Positions 38,561 through 50,440 are shown, counted from the stretch's first letter. The stretch is DNA of 64,000 nucleotides from Paraspadella gotoi (GCA_051294375.1 CM119269.1:15873370-15937369), one strand, 5' to 3'. Notes: generated by a model not told the origin, from the sequence alone. Program-made: numbers and translations.

Positions 38561-38870
38561 TTTCGATAAAACCTAAGAAAAAAAAAATATTAAAATGTAC
38601 AGTCATCTCGCCAGCTATATCTAAATTTTTAACTTCCTATGGTTACACGCTTTTACACTTTCCAATTATAAAAGAGCGTGACGACGACAACGACGACAAC
38701 AACGACGACGACACAAAGAAGAAATTCTAAACGATTATCAAGCCAAGACGGGTTTAAGCCCGTCTGGCAAGATAAAAACCTGAATTAGAATCATGAATGT
38801 CCTTGTATCCGTTTTTTAATTGAATCGATTTAAATTTAAAGTTGACTTTCTTCTCTCTCATAATCAAGAA

Positions 38871-41800
38871 ATGGAAAAAGAAATAAACGATTTTACATTT
38901 TCTACGGACACAGGTACTTTAATTAAAATTTTTTTGATCTAGTCGACCGATAATCGGAGGCTATTCCGCCGTTGCTAAAGTTTATTTATCCTATAATTTA
39001 TGAAAAAAAAATTAATGTTTAAAACCTTTCAAGGCCATATTCCGCTCAGCCCCACCAAAATGAAACCCTTCCATCTATCCTCCTTCTCGGAAATGGACTC
39101 CGTCGCTCGACGGAAACTGGACGCCATCCAAGATACCCTCGGCGTCAAAAATCTGGAAAATCCTGTCCTCGTCATAGATGTGGGCGTGGCGGTCGAAGTC
39201 GTGAACGAGTGGCGCCGCCTAATGCCGAGAGTCGAACTCTATTATGCACTAAAGGTTGCAAAAATATATTTTGAATTAAAATATTTATTTTGCTAAATCA
39301 AGTTTTGATGTAAACTAGTATTTGTATGAGAAAAGTTGTTTTTTTTTATCTTTCCATCCATAAGGCTAATCCGGACGAGCGACTTGCCGCTGCCCTACTC
39401 AAACTCGGTTGCGGCTTCGACTGCGCCTCCGCTAATGAGATTAGGACGATGTTGAAGACCGGCTGCGGACCCGACAAGATCGCCTTTTCTAATCCGGCCA
39501 AGTTCGAGAGCCATTTGACATACGCCGCGAAGAATGGTACAAACGGAGTAGCGGCGGTAGGGCACGGATATCGAACAATATTTTCTGATTTTAAATGACA
39601 CAAAAAAAGTTTATTATTTTTCATAGGATGATTAGTTTTACCTCCAATCTTATAGCAAAGTACTAGACGTTTATGAAATTAATTTAATATTTACTTATGT
39701 AAAAAAACCTTTTTATTGAGCTTCGATTAAATTTTTTTTTTTAAATAAACTTTATATAGTAATAAAATAATTTTTAAATACTTCCGTGCGCTATATCTAT
39801 AAGATGTATTTTAAAATTATTTTATTTTCATATTCTCTAACAGTCATTTTACCATTATCTATTTGAGAGAACTTCTAGTTTTCAACCTGTTCCGGCCTAA
39901 TGATTATACTATCATGTTGGAGAGACAGTAATTATTGTTATGTGTTAGTGACAGAACCGTCCAATATAAGCAGTCCTTGAGCTTCGGATCAGGCTGTAAC
40001 ACCATGTTACAGGCGGGTTAGGCGCCCCGTCCCTCTTAACTGCTAGGCGGCCACCGGGCGAGAACCCCGGACCTTTGGGTTGGGAGGCGATTGACTTGCC
40101 TCCGGCACCAATGTCCGCTGATGAACGGTTGGTGGATTTTAGTCCACCATAATGTTATAATAATTAATGTAATTGAAATACATTTTATCTGTATGTAAGT
40201 GAGATGGTGAAAACCACTAAGCCGCAGTTCATGACATATTAGTCCCGGGATCGAATCTCCTTTTATTTGTCTTTAATAAATTGTATGGTGAACTAAAATC
40301 CACCAGCCGTTCATCAGTGGTCATTGGTGCCGGAGGCAAGTTCATTCGCCTCCCAACCCAAAGGTCCGGGGTTCTAGCCCGGTGGCCGCCTAGCAGTTAA
40401 GAGGGACGGGGCGCTTAACCCGCCTGTAACATGGTGTTACAGCCTGATCCGAAGCTCAGGACTGTTTATATTGAACGGTTCTGTCACTAAAACATAAGAA
40501 TTATCACTGTCTCTTCATTGTGGAGCCCGACTTCCAAACACAACAGCATCAACAACACTTTCAGGCGACATGCCTCAACCTGGCGATGCACTTTCCGCCA
40601 ACAACACATCAGGCGACATGCCTCAACTTGGTGATGAACTTTCCACCAACAACAACAATTCACTGAAGAGACGCAACAGACTTCTCCCTACGGGAGGGGG
40701 GTGATGTATGGTGGACTAAAATCCACCAACCGTTCATCAGTGGTCATTGGTGCCGGAGGCAAGACATTCGCCTCCCAACCCAAAGGTCCGGGGTTCTAGC
40801 CGGTGGTCACCTAGCAGTTAAGAGGGACGGGGTGCTTAACCCGCCTGTAACATGTGTTACAGCCTGATCCGAAGCTCAGGGACTGTTTATTTGAAGGTTT
40901 TTGTCACTAACACATAAGAATTATCACTGTCTCTTCAATCGTTTATAACTTATATGTTTAAAGCTGAGTTAAAAGCGAAGAAGCCTGGATCAAATCCGAC
41001 ATCCGTCTGTTTCTCAGAGCGTTATTTTGTTATTCTTTTTCTTTATGTCTCTCTTATCTGCAAACTTCAGGAATAAACCTTCTCCCCTTCGATTCGACGG
41101 AAGAGTTGGACAAGATCCACCGCTTCCATCCCAACTGCTCCGCCCTTCTCCGCATCCGCGTCGACAATCCTTCCTGCTTCTTCAATCTATCCTCCAAATT
41201 CGGCGCCGAACTTGAAGACGCGCCACGCCTACTTCGAGACGCAAAAACCGCCGGCGTCGACGTCATCGGCGTCAGTTTCCACGTGGGCAGCGGCGGTAAT
41301 AACGCCGCCGCTTTCGCTGCGGCGATAAAAGACGCCGCTAGCGTCTTTAAAATAGGCGCCGCTTTGGGGATGAAGATGACGACGCTGAATTTGGGCGGAG
41401 GATTTCCGGCTTTCAATTTCGATGGCCCCGCGATTAGCGTCTACGCGGAGACCATCAACGAAGCCTTGGAGACGCACTTCGACGACAAAAGGATTCGGGT
41501 TCTCGCCGAACCGGGGCGCCACGTCTGCGCGAGAACGACGGGGATTCTTCTCAGGGTTCATTCCAAGAGAGTCGTTGTGGAAAAGAGCGGGGATAGAAAG
41601 GGAAATTTAAATTTCTACTACTATTTGAACGATGGAATTTACGGAAACATGATCTGTGCCAAAATCGGCCATAATGCCTTGAGCAAAGTTTTTTTTTTCA
41701 CCAAAGAGAATATTGAAACGAGCGAAAGGTCGTGTTCGACTCTATGGGGACCAACTTGCGACAGTTGTGATTGTCTTGCAAAAGACGTTTGGTGGCCAGA

Positions 41801-41912
41801 GTTGCAGATTGGCGACTACGTCCTTATCGATGACGTTGGCGCGTACGGACCTTATATGGCGACTAATTTCAACGGATTCGGAATGAATTTGACTGAAGTT
41901 TTGTACGTGTGA
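38871..41912 (+). CDS. Ornithine decarboxylase-family (group IV PLP) decarboxylase, 425 aa
   Basis: Exons 38871-38913, 39034-39254, 39365-39536 and 41071-41912 are in frame. Motifs YYALKAN (PLP Lys), GFDCAS, LRI, SKFGA, FHVGSG, LGGGF, EPGR, YYLNDGIYG, WGPTCD, GAY and FNGF. Confidence 0.92.
39918..40151 (-). mobile_element. Solo LTR of family A, inverted, in ODC intron 3
   Basis: Reverse complement of the 40282-40517 LTR. Confidence 0.8.
40282..40937 (+). mobile_element. TRIM (miniature non-autonomous LTR retrotransposon), family A
   Basis: Direct TG...CA repeats at 40282-40517 and 40705-40937. PBS-like TGGAGCCCGAC at 40521 and polypurine tract gggaggggggtga at 40692-40704. The 187-bp non-coding interior has a tandem duplication of about 48 bp. 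No clear TSD. Confidence 0.8.
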
Positions 41913-43881
41913 TCCACTCTTGTTAAGGGTAGAGCTTATTGTCTTATTGTCTTATTGTCTTATTGACTTCCTTTATCATTATTTTTAGAAGACTTTTCAC
42001 TATTTACATCGAAATTCCAGATCGTAATATATATTTTATACGTAGTGTTAATTTTGCTTCGATAAATGAGATAACCATGAAAGCTGAGAATTTTCGCTAG
42101 AATTTATTTTGAGGAGTTCATTAATATTTAGGAGGTAACGATGTAATAACGTTTTCTTTTTTTCATTACGATATTAGACAATAGACACGTCATTTCGAAA
42201 GTGTTTTTTGTCCGTTTTTTTTGTCTGGTATTTTTGCGAGGGGGGGGGGAAGCCTTTCTTCATGAATCAATATTGACCGAAGGGATAAAAACTTGAACTC
42301 GAGAGATCGAGTGGAAATCCGAAGAAAAGAATAAAAAGAAAGAGAAAAAAAAACCAGGAAAAAGATAACAGAAAAAATATATAAAGACTTCGACTGCATT
42401 AGCAGTTTTTAAACTTATTTGCTGGATCTGCTTATCAGCAGATTCCGGCTCTATATTCCGCTTTGTCGGATTGTCTGTCCCCATATCGCTCTGATTTTAA
42501 AGTTTTTCTACTGCCTGAAATAATTTGATAGGAGTCTACGTCGTTTTTAGAGAAGACTTTTTCAATGGAGATTTTCGTTCAAATCTGACTACCAAACAAT
42601 ATAAACGCTCCTGGTAAAAATTCTGGTAAAATATCGATGTAAAAACACATGTTTCCGATCCTGTTGTATCTGAAGGGCTCGCATTTTTTTTCTCTTGTCA
42701 AATCATCAACATCTTGATATCAAACAAGCCAGAACAAATAGACTGCTTCTGGACGGAAAAATTTTCTATCTCTGATTTTATATAGAAATGAAAAGGATTT
42801 TTTTTCCTTGAAAACGATATAAACGTGACTGAGGTATGTTCCTGTTCAACAAATGACGTCCAATTTTGGAAACCTTTGGCAAAGTGTCTGAAGGGCTCTC
42901 AAAATTTTTCTTTACATTTTATTTGGTTATTTTGATATAATACGATCATGGTAAAGTGAATTAGTCCATTTTGGTGAAATTTTTATTTAAAGTAAAAGTA
43001 AAAGAGGAGCTAATGATCGGAATTCTAAGAGTTTTCAACCGGGAGTCAGATTCGGGAAAAATCTTCTATGGTGAAAATCTTCCAAAGAAGATGTGAATTT
43101 TCCAAAGATTTTGGTTAATATTTTCTATATTTATGGTCGGATTTTTTTGAAACTTAATATTAACAATATTGCCATCATTCTACCTTGGCCGGTATAAGAA
43201 TATATTAAAAAAACCTCGGGCTTTGTTCGTCAGAGCTTAGTCCTAAATTTGAATATTTCTTACACCGATCGATAGCTCTTTGAAAGAAATTTGTTTTCCT
43301 AATTATTTTTTAAATATTGAAAAAGAAATAGCGGTGTATTTGAAGCTAACAAGTGGCTACTTTTTTTTGTGCTGCAGTACAGATATAGTAAATGTAGCGG
43401 CTCAAGGGATGACGAAAACGAAGATGAATCAAATAACAACAACGATCAATGTCACAGTTAAACAATGAATCCACCTAAAAAAATGAACAAAAAAATAGAA
43501 TATAACAGCCAAAAAAAATTATTTTTTAGGTTTATTAAAACTATCCTGGCTCTTTCCTTATCTTACTTTCACTAACATCTTCACTTATCTATCCCTAACA
43601 ACTTATTTTCCCTTTCACATTTCATTCTTAATAGCTAACTGGATTATTAATTTCTTTTGTTATTACTAGTTTAGTATTAAGATTTTTCCATTTATTACTC
43701 TGTTGTACATTGCTAAATGTAATTATTTTCTCTGCCTTTGTTTTTCTCTCTCTCTCTCCCTCAATTTTTGTTTTTCACCTTTCAAGTTTCAACCAACCTT
43801 ATCTTCTTCCCTGTCCTTACCTTCACTTGTCCTCACATCTGACCACTGTCCTTTCTAAATTCTTTGCTTGGCAATTCTTCT

Positions 43882-43976
<95 letters not shown>

Positions 43977-43992
43977 CAAAAACTAATGTTAA

Positions 43993-44469
43993 AGGCAGTG
44001 TCTACGAAACGCCTTTCTTAAACCATTGATTTCTAACTGTAAAATTACTACTTTTTAGTGTCTCGTTTGATTCTTTGGGTCATTCTTGACTTTAAAAATT
44101 CGATTTGGAATAGTTATCTCTCTGTCATTAAGCACAACGCACTGTTGCTTATTCTATTACTTCAAAATTCGCTACGACAAAAGTTCTTTCAGAGTTTTTG
44201 AACTAATTGAGTTTAAAAATCTATTTTAACTATCGAGTTACGAAATCTACGTCAACTATTGGTTTAAAAAATGAGAAGAAATGGAGCGTAGACAGCTCAA
44301 CAGTTTTTAAATATTAAATCTAATCTTCTCCTTTCTCTCTTTCTTTCTTTCTCTTCTTTCTTTCTTTCTCTTTTCTTTCTTTCTCTTTCTTTCTCTCTCT
44401 CTCCTCCAACTTACTGCGGGTGGGGATACGCCTGGGTGCGGGAACGCCGACAGAAAAGAGAAAAGGATT

Positions 44470-44547
<78 letters not shown>

Positions 44548-44826
44548 GAAAATAAGAGGAGAAAGGAGGGAGGAGAAATAAGAGAGAGAAACTTCCCTCG
44601 CGAACGAATCTAACGAATGTTACGATTCGTTTGCCAGAATAGCAACATTTAATTTGAACCACTTCTCAGACTCCACTTCCGTTAATGATGCCACCACTAA
44701 CAACCGACGACGCTGTAGAAAAATGTCTTTGTATTTCGAAGTTATGAATAATTGATGAACGAATCGATGAACAAAGTTGTGAACGAAAAATCGAGGTAAC
44801 TGTGAGAACCAGTCTTTAGAAACTCT

Positions 44827-44893
<67 letters not shown>

Positions 44894-46232
44894 AACCTAA
44901 TGTTAAAAGAAAAACTTATTGATTGTCAAAAACGCTGATGAAGACTCTAACTAAAGAGTCAAAACATGTCCGACTAACAAATTGTCTAATTATAATTCGT
45001 TGAAAAACAATTCAAATCTATTTTTCTCTAAATAATAATTTGAATAGTCACATTTCATTGCGTTTTGGGAGCTCAAATGATTTTGAACAAAGACGACGAC
45101 GACGACGATATAACAACGAAGACGACGACGAAGTCTTTGTACTCTGTGACCCGTAGTGGTCAGTAAGAATGACCGTTCGTATCCAAACAGAATGATCTTG
45201 TTATGGCTGACCTTTTTCAGCCAATGTAAATACGTATTTGTTGTTGTTGTTAATTTTTTTGCTTTTTATTTTTATAGTCTATTGTTTGTTTATTTTATAA
45301 AACTTCTCACAACGTCTCTCTCTCTCTTTCTATCTGTCTCTCTTTCTTTCTTACTTTCTCTCTCCTATTTTCTCTTCTTTATTCCTTTTATTCTTTTTTT
45401 TCTGTCTTATTTATTTTTTGGTTTATGCTCAAAATAATTCGGTAACTCGCGATTTTTTTTTCAATTTTGGTTGCTTAGCAGATTTAGTAAAGTCGACAGA
45501 TTTTGCGGAATAATTTTCCGCAAAATCGTGTCGACACACGGAAAAAATAATTAAAAATTGTCCTGATGCTTTGAGATAACGCAAAATGATGCGGTTTTTT
45601 ACGATTTAACAAGAATAAATAACTAGTCCAACTAATAAAACTATAAAAAAAATAAATCTAAAGTCGAAATTAAAAATAAACTACAATCACAAAAAATCAC
45701 AAATTCAAAGACATCTTAAAAATTTTTTTAAAGAAAACGCATGAAGCTTATTTCTTTATATTACAGATATAATTAGCTTATCATGTGGGGAATATTTTGC
45801 ATTAGTTTTCAATTAATTTAAAGAATGTTCAGTTAGTTTAAAATGTTGAAATGAAAAAATGCCATTTTTTGACTAACCATTTTAAAAAATTCATTGCAGA
45901 CAAACGGTGAATCATTAACAAAAATGCTTCTACCCCAGTAGAAAGAACATGAAGGCAAACCAAAAGCGAAGTAAAAAAATTTTCTTTTTCTATCTTCACC
46001 TTGAAAATTAGTGTCAAAACTGGAAATGGACAAAAATGGACAAGATTTTTGAAGATAAAAATTGCTTAAAAACGAACTTTACTGTATCAAATTTATAAAG
46101 GAATGGTTTATTTACTCGATAGTTGGGCACTCTTTGTGGTATAGTCCAAAGAATTAAAATTTATCATTCATATTTGAAGAATCAGGAGATTCAGTTCATT
46201 TCTTTATAAAAGCCATTTCGTAGACACTGCCT
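43993..46232. mobile_element. Non-autonomous TIR DNA transposon (Kolobok-like ends)
   Basis: Perfect 17-bp inverted repeats aggcagtgtctacgaaa (43993-44009) and tttcgtagacactgcct (46216-46232), in TTAA/TAAA context. No transposase. A diverged relative of its right part lies at about 48895-49680. Confidence 0.6.
44931..44974 (+). ncRNA. Degenerate minimal type I hammerhead motif (GAAA changed to AAAA)
   Basis: CTGATGA-A-gactct-aactaa-agagtc-AAAA-catg-TC. Confidence 0.45.
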
Positions 46233-46261
46233 AAAGAGAGAAAAATTGTTGATTATTAAAA

Positions 46262-46305
46262 ATCGCTGAAGAAGACTCTTAATACAGAGTCGAAACTTGT
46301 CCGAT
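46262..46305 (+). ncRNA. Minimal type I hammerhead ribozyme (Penelope-like element type)
   Basis: atcg-CTGAAGA-A-gactct-taatac-agagtc-GAAA-cttg-TC-cgat. Stems I and II pair and the core is intact. Confidence 0.65.
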
Positions 46306-46629
46306 CTACAGTAATAAAAATCGTTGTTGCCTATTAAAAACTGTTTTTTCCTAAATAAATCAATATAAAATTTATCAATAAATCAATTATTCAAACAACC
46401 AGACAATCAAAAATTTGCTTATCTTTAAATTATCGTACGCAGATCCGGCATTTTTTACTCAAATTTTTTTCTGTCTTTCTTTATGTCTTTCTTTATCTCT
46501 TATTTGAATTCTAATCAGTTTGATCAGTTAATCAGGTCTTCAGACAAGGTCTAGGTCTTAAAAAAATATATATATATCTCTCTCTCTCTTTCATTCGAAA
46601 TTACCGTCTTTCTCTCTCTAAATCACACG

Positions 46630-48075
46630 ATGTCCTCCATCTCTCGTCGCCCACGCGTCGTCATCATTGGCGCAGGCGTCGCCGGTCTCGCCGCCGCCAA
46701 GACGCTGCAGGACGCCGCCGTCGACGTGACCGTCCTGGAGGCGCAGCGCCGCATCGGCGGCCGCGTCCATTCCATCGACTCCGGATCTCCTTCCGTCCCC
46801 AAGGTCGAACTCGGCGCCCAATGGATTCACGGCGTCGTGGGCAACTCCGTCCACGATTATTGCGTCCGCAACGATCTGCTTCATCCTGGGTGGAAGGGCA
46901 ACAGATTGGCGATCGGTTTCACTCCGGACGGCGGCGTCGTCTCCAACGAGACGCTCGAAGAGTCGAAGGGCGTTCGGATCGAATTGGACGAGGCCTGGGC
47001 GCGATTCGCCACGGCGTCGCCTCCAAAGAGATTCAACGATGACGCCGGGGCTTTCGTCCGCGAATTTCTGGCGGAACGCGAGCCGGCGTTGCCCGAGGAT
47101 GAGCTCGTGATCTGGCGGTCCGTGCAGAGGTTCCAAGACCGATTTCTTCTCCATCTGATGGGAGGCAACGCGATGAGCGAGATGTCCATTAAGGACTGGG
47201 CCAACTACGTGGAATGTCCCGGAGAGAACATTACTTTCCGCGACGGATATTCCACCTTCGTCGATCATCTCGTCAAATCCGTCAGCGACGATCGAATTCA
47301 ACTCGACGCCGTCGTCGAAAAGATCGAGTGGAGCTCCGGCGAGGGCGTCGACGTATCGCTGAAGGACGGATCCGTCGAACGAGCCGACGCGGTCGTCGTG
47401 ACGACGTCGTTGGGTTGTCTCCAATCGGGGGGCATCTCCTTCGAACCGGATCTGCCGCGAACTAAGAAAGACGCGATCTCTCGACTCGGCATCGGCTTCG
47501 TGGACAAACTATGGTTTCGTGTGGACGCGACGCAGCTGAAGCTTTTGAGAGAAAGAATCGGCGAAGCGGATTTGGTCGCTTTTTTGTGGAACGACGATGT
47601 GAACAACGACAGAGATGGAGACGGCGAAGACGAGGATATCAATTGGATCCGAGGCTTGGATTACTTTCGAGTCGTTTGTCCAGACCTCATCCTCCTCTGG
47701 TTTAAGGGCGACACGGCGCGACGATTCGAGTCGCTCGACGACGACGTCGTCTTTCGCGGCGTCGACGAGCTTTTCCGCCGGTTCTTGAAGACACCGAAGG
47801 ACGCCTTCGCTCGATCGGAGTGGTTCGCGCGATCGAGTTGGTTCAAGAACGAGTTTACTCGGGGATCATACAGTATACCGGCGAAGGGGTCGTCAGAGGA
47901 GGATCACGTGGCCCTCAGCGAACCTCTGATCGTTGGATCGAGCGATCGACCGAGGGTCATGTTCGCCGGGGAAGCCACGCACCCTCAGTTTTACGGGACA
48001 GTTCACGGGGCTTACGAGTCTGGGGTCAGGGAGGCGAAGAGAATATTGGAATGGATGGAAGCGGAAAATAAGTAA
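46630..48075 (+). CDS. FAD-dependent polyamine oxidase (SMOX/PAOX family), single exon, 481 aa
   Basis: VVIIGAGVAGL (GxGxxG), LEAQRRIGGR, ELGAQWIHG, GFVDKL, FTRGSYS and FAGEATHPQFYGTVHGAYESGVREA. Confidence 0.93.
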   Translation: MSSISRRPRVVIIGAGVAGLAAAKTLQDAAVDVTVLEAQRRIGGRVHSIDSGSPSVPKVELGAQWIHGVVGNSVHDYCVRNDLLHPGWKGNRLAIGFTPDGGVVSNETLEESKGVRIELDEAWARFATASPPKRFNDDAGAFVREFLAEREPALPEDELVIWRSVQRFQDRFLLHLMGGNAMSEMSIKDWANYVECPGENITFRDGYSTFVDHLVKSVSDDRIQLDAVVEKIEWSSGEGVDVSLKDGSVERADAVVVTTSLGCLQSGGISFEPDLPRTKKDAISRLGIGFVDKLWFRVDATQLKLLRERIGEADLVAFLWNDDVNNDRDGDGEDEDINWIRGLDYFRVVCPDLILLWFKGDTARRFESLDDDVVFRGVDELFRRFLKTPKDAFARSEWFARSSWFKNEFTRGSYSIPAKGSSEEDHVALSEPLIVGSSDRPRVMFAGEATHPQFYGTVHGAYESGVREAKRILEWMEAENK

Positions 48076-48687
48076 TAGTCTAAAGTCAAGAACTTTAAAT
48101 TTAGAATTAATTTGGGCAGTGATTTTGCTTTGGGTATTTTCAATAATGAATGGAACTTAAATAACTATTAATTCTTTTTTCCCACTGATAAATATGAAAC
48201 ACTCTTTATTTAAAAAACGGTTGGCATTAGTTATCTTTTCCTTATAACATAAAACTCACTGGGTAAATTTCTATGCTTTCAAAATACGGTAAGACATTAT
48301 TTCTTTCACGTCAATCATTCCAATTACGGTATCAGCCTTAATTAAGAAGAAACTAAAAACGATTTTTCATGGTAAGAACAACTTTTTAAAGATAAAATTG
48401 CTCGTAAGAACTGTTGCGTTTTTTAGATATACTACTACTTAGGCAAAAATCGGCACACTATGTTATGAAACTTTTTTCTTGTTTTCCATTTCTTTTCTTA
48501 ATTTCTTTCTTTTTTCGAACTTTTGCTCTGACTCTCTCTTTTTCTCTTTCTCTCTGTGTTAAGTATTTTGATGCTTCACGCCCCCATAATAAGCGTTAAA
48601 TTTTATTTTATTTCGACATAGACAGTAACTTCTGTCCTTCAGCTGTCCTCACCTTCAATACTATCCATTACTCAATTCTTTGGTGGA

Positions 48688-48744
<57 letters not shown>

Positions 48745-48783
48745 CATCATAATGTTTGACAAAATTTCTTATAAAATTCACAC

Positions 48784-48825
48784 TGTGCTGAAGAAGACTC
48801 GAAAAAGAATCGAAACATGTCCGTT
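48784..48825 (+). ncRNA. Minimal hammerhead motif with weak stems
   Basis: CTGAAGA-A-gactc-gaaaaa-gaatc-GAAA-catg-TC. Confidence 0.5.
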
Positions 48826-50223
48826 TCAAAAATAAAAGTCGTTGTTTGTAAACAAAAATAAACTTTTTCTCTCTTAATTTTATTTCGCAAAAACTTCGGT
48901 AGCGTATGATTTTATTCAAAGTTTGGTTGCCAAGCAGATTTAAAAAATCGACAGATTTTTGCGGAAATTTTTCCGCAAAAAGCTGTCGATTGAGAGAAAT
49001 TAATTTGCTGACGCTTCCCCTTTCAATAAAAGAAGGCGGTTTTTTTTAATTTGTCAACCTTAGTATGTTTATCATCTGTTAAAACTATAAAATGAGTTAA
49101 AAACCGTGTTTTAGTTCAAATAAAACGGACCTCACAAATCCTCACAAATTAAAAGTTGACTTAAAAATTTTTTTGCAGCAAAAGTATTAAATATTTCGCC
49201 CTAATTTTTATGGTACCAGAAGCACCGTTCATAGGGAATATTTTATTAGAATTGTGAACATTTTGAAGTATTTTTGTTTAACAAATTGTAATAAAATGTA
49301 AAAATGTAAGTTTTTGACCAGTCAATTTAAAAATTAATTCATAGGTAAACAATAAATGACCAACTGAAAATGAACCAACTCAGAAGTAAAGAAGATAAGA
49401 AGGACCCGAAAGCCGGAGTAAAAAAAATTTCTTCAATGATCTTGGCATTCAAATCTCGAGACAAAAGTGAAAAATGGACAAAAATGGACATAATTTTTTA
49501 TTTAAAAGTAGCAAAAATGATACTTATTCTTGATTAGAAAATGCAGCAGATGATTTCATTTAATCCGTAATCGAGCTCACTTTGTCTTAGGATTCAAAAT
49601 TAATCAATTTTGAAGGTAATATTCTAGCAATATTGCAAAAGTGTTTTTTTTTCTGAATTCCTCGATCAAAATCACTGCCTTTGATTTTTAAATTCAAAAA
49701 AAATTTATTTCTGTTGAGCCATATTGTAAAAGAATTTTTTTTTTTTAATACATGAAACATCATCACATGGAAGAAATATTATTATTCTTTTCGACAAATA
49801 TTGCACGACAGAAAATACGAGAACTGAAAAATAATCAGGAAAACTATAATGAAATTAGAGCTTATGGTTATGTTTTGCAATATACAAGTTCTCGCACTGG
49901 GGCGGGTAGAGAGGTAGACAACCTCGGCCAAATCGAAGGCAATAAGGATTCAAATTTCGTTAATATAACTGCTTTAACAATTCACCCGTATACGTCGTAG
50001 CTTTTTAAAAAATAACTAGGCAGTATTTTTGGATTTTAGTTTTAGGGGGACCCGTCGTGGAGTCAACCTTTCTCTGCAGTAAAAGTAAAAGTATGATTTT
50101 CCCCCCGATGCAATAATCCTTTCTTTTTCGTTGTTTATTGATATTAGAGAAAGCAAAGAATTTTGAATTTGGAAAAACGATTTTTAATTAATAGTTGGAC
50201 ATGTTTCGGCTTGTTTATTTTAA

Positions 50224-50267
50224 ATGCTGATGAAGGCTTGAAGTAAACAAGCCGAAACATGTCCAAC
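50224..50267 (+). ncRNA. Minimal hammerhead motif inside a foldback of about 170 bp (50146-50315)
   Basis: CTGATGA-A-ggcttg-aagtaaa-caagcc-GAAA-catg-TC with palindromic ACATGT at stem III. Stem I is short. Confidence 0.6.
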
Positions 50268-50440
50268 TATTAATTAAAAATAGTTGTTACAAATTCAAAA
50301 TTCTTTGCTTTCTCTGATTTTTCCCCCAAAAGAAGGGTATAAATCCTTTCGGTTATTGTGTCATAATTACTAAATCGATTAAACGCTTTTATTTTATTTC
50401 GATAACTTACTTATTTTCTACAAGAAAATAATAAAAAGAA

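Noticed and set aside
40110-40151. CTGATGA in the family A LTR as a retrozyme hammerhead
   Set aside because: No conserved GAAA or stem III follows. The gaaac at 52720 is flanking sequence seen at only one locus.
40360-40385. Twister-like ccgg...agcccgg loop, or a true tRNA gene, in the LTR
   Set aside because: Twister P1/P2 and pseudoknot partners are absent, and there is no acceptor stem or full cloverleaf. It is better explained as a tRNA-derived B-box.
40540-40660. Short direct repeats as a CRISPR-like array
   Set aside because: Only two adjacent units with no spacers, inside a TRIM in a eukaryotic genome.
46618-47424. 268-aa antisense ORF over the oxidase (similarly 1261-1830 over the lectin)
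   Set aside because: Shadow ORF of GC-rich coding sequence, with no motifs.
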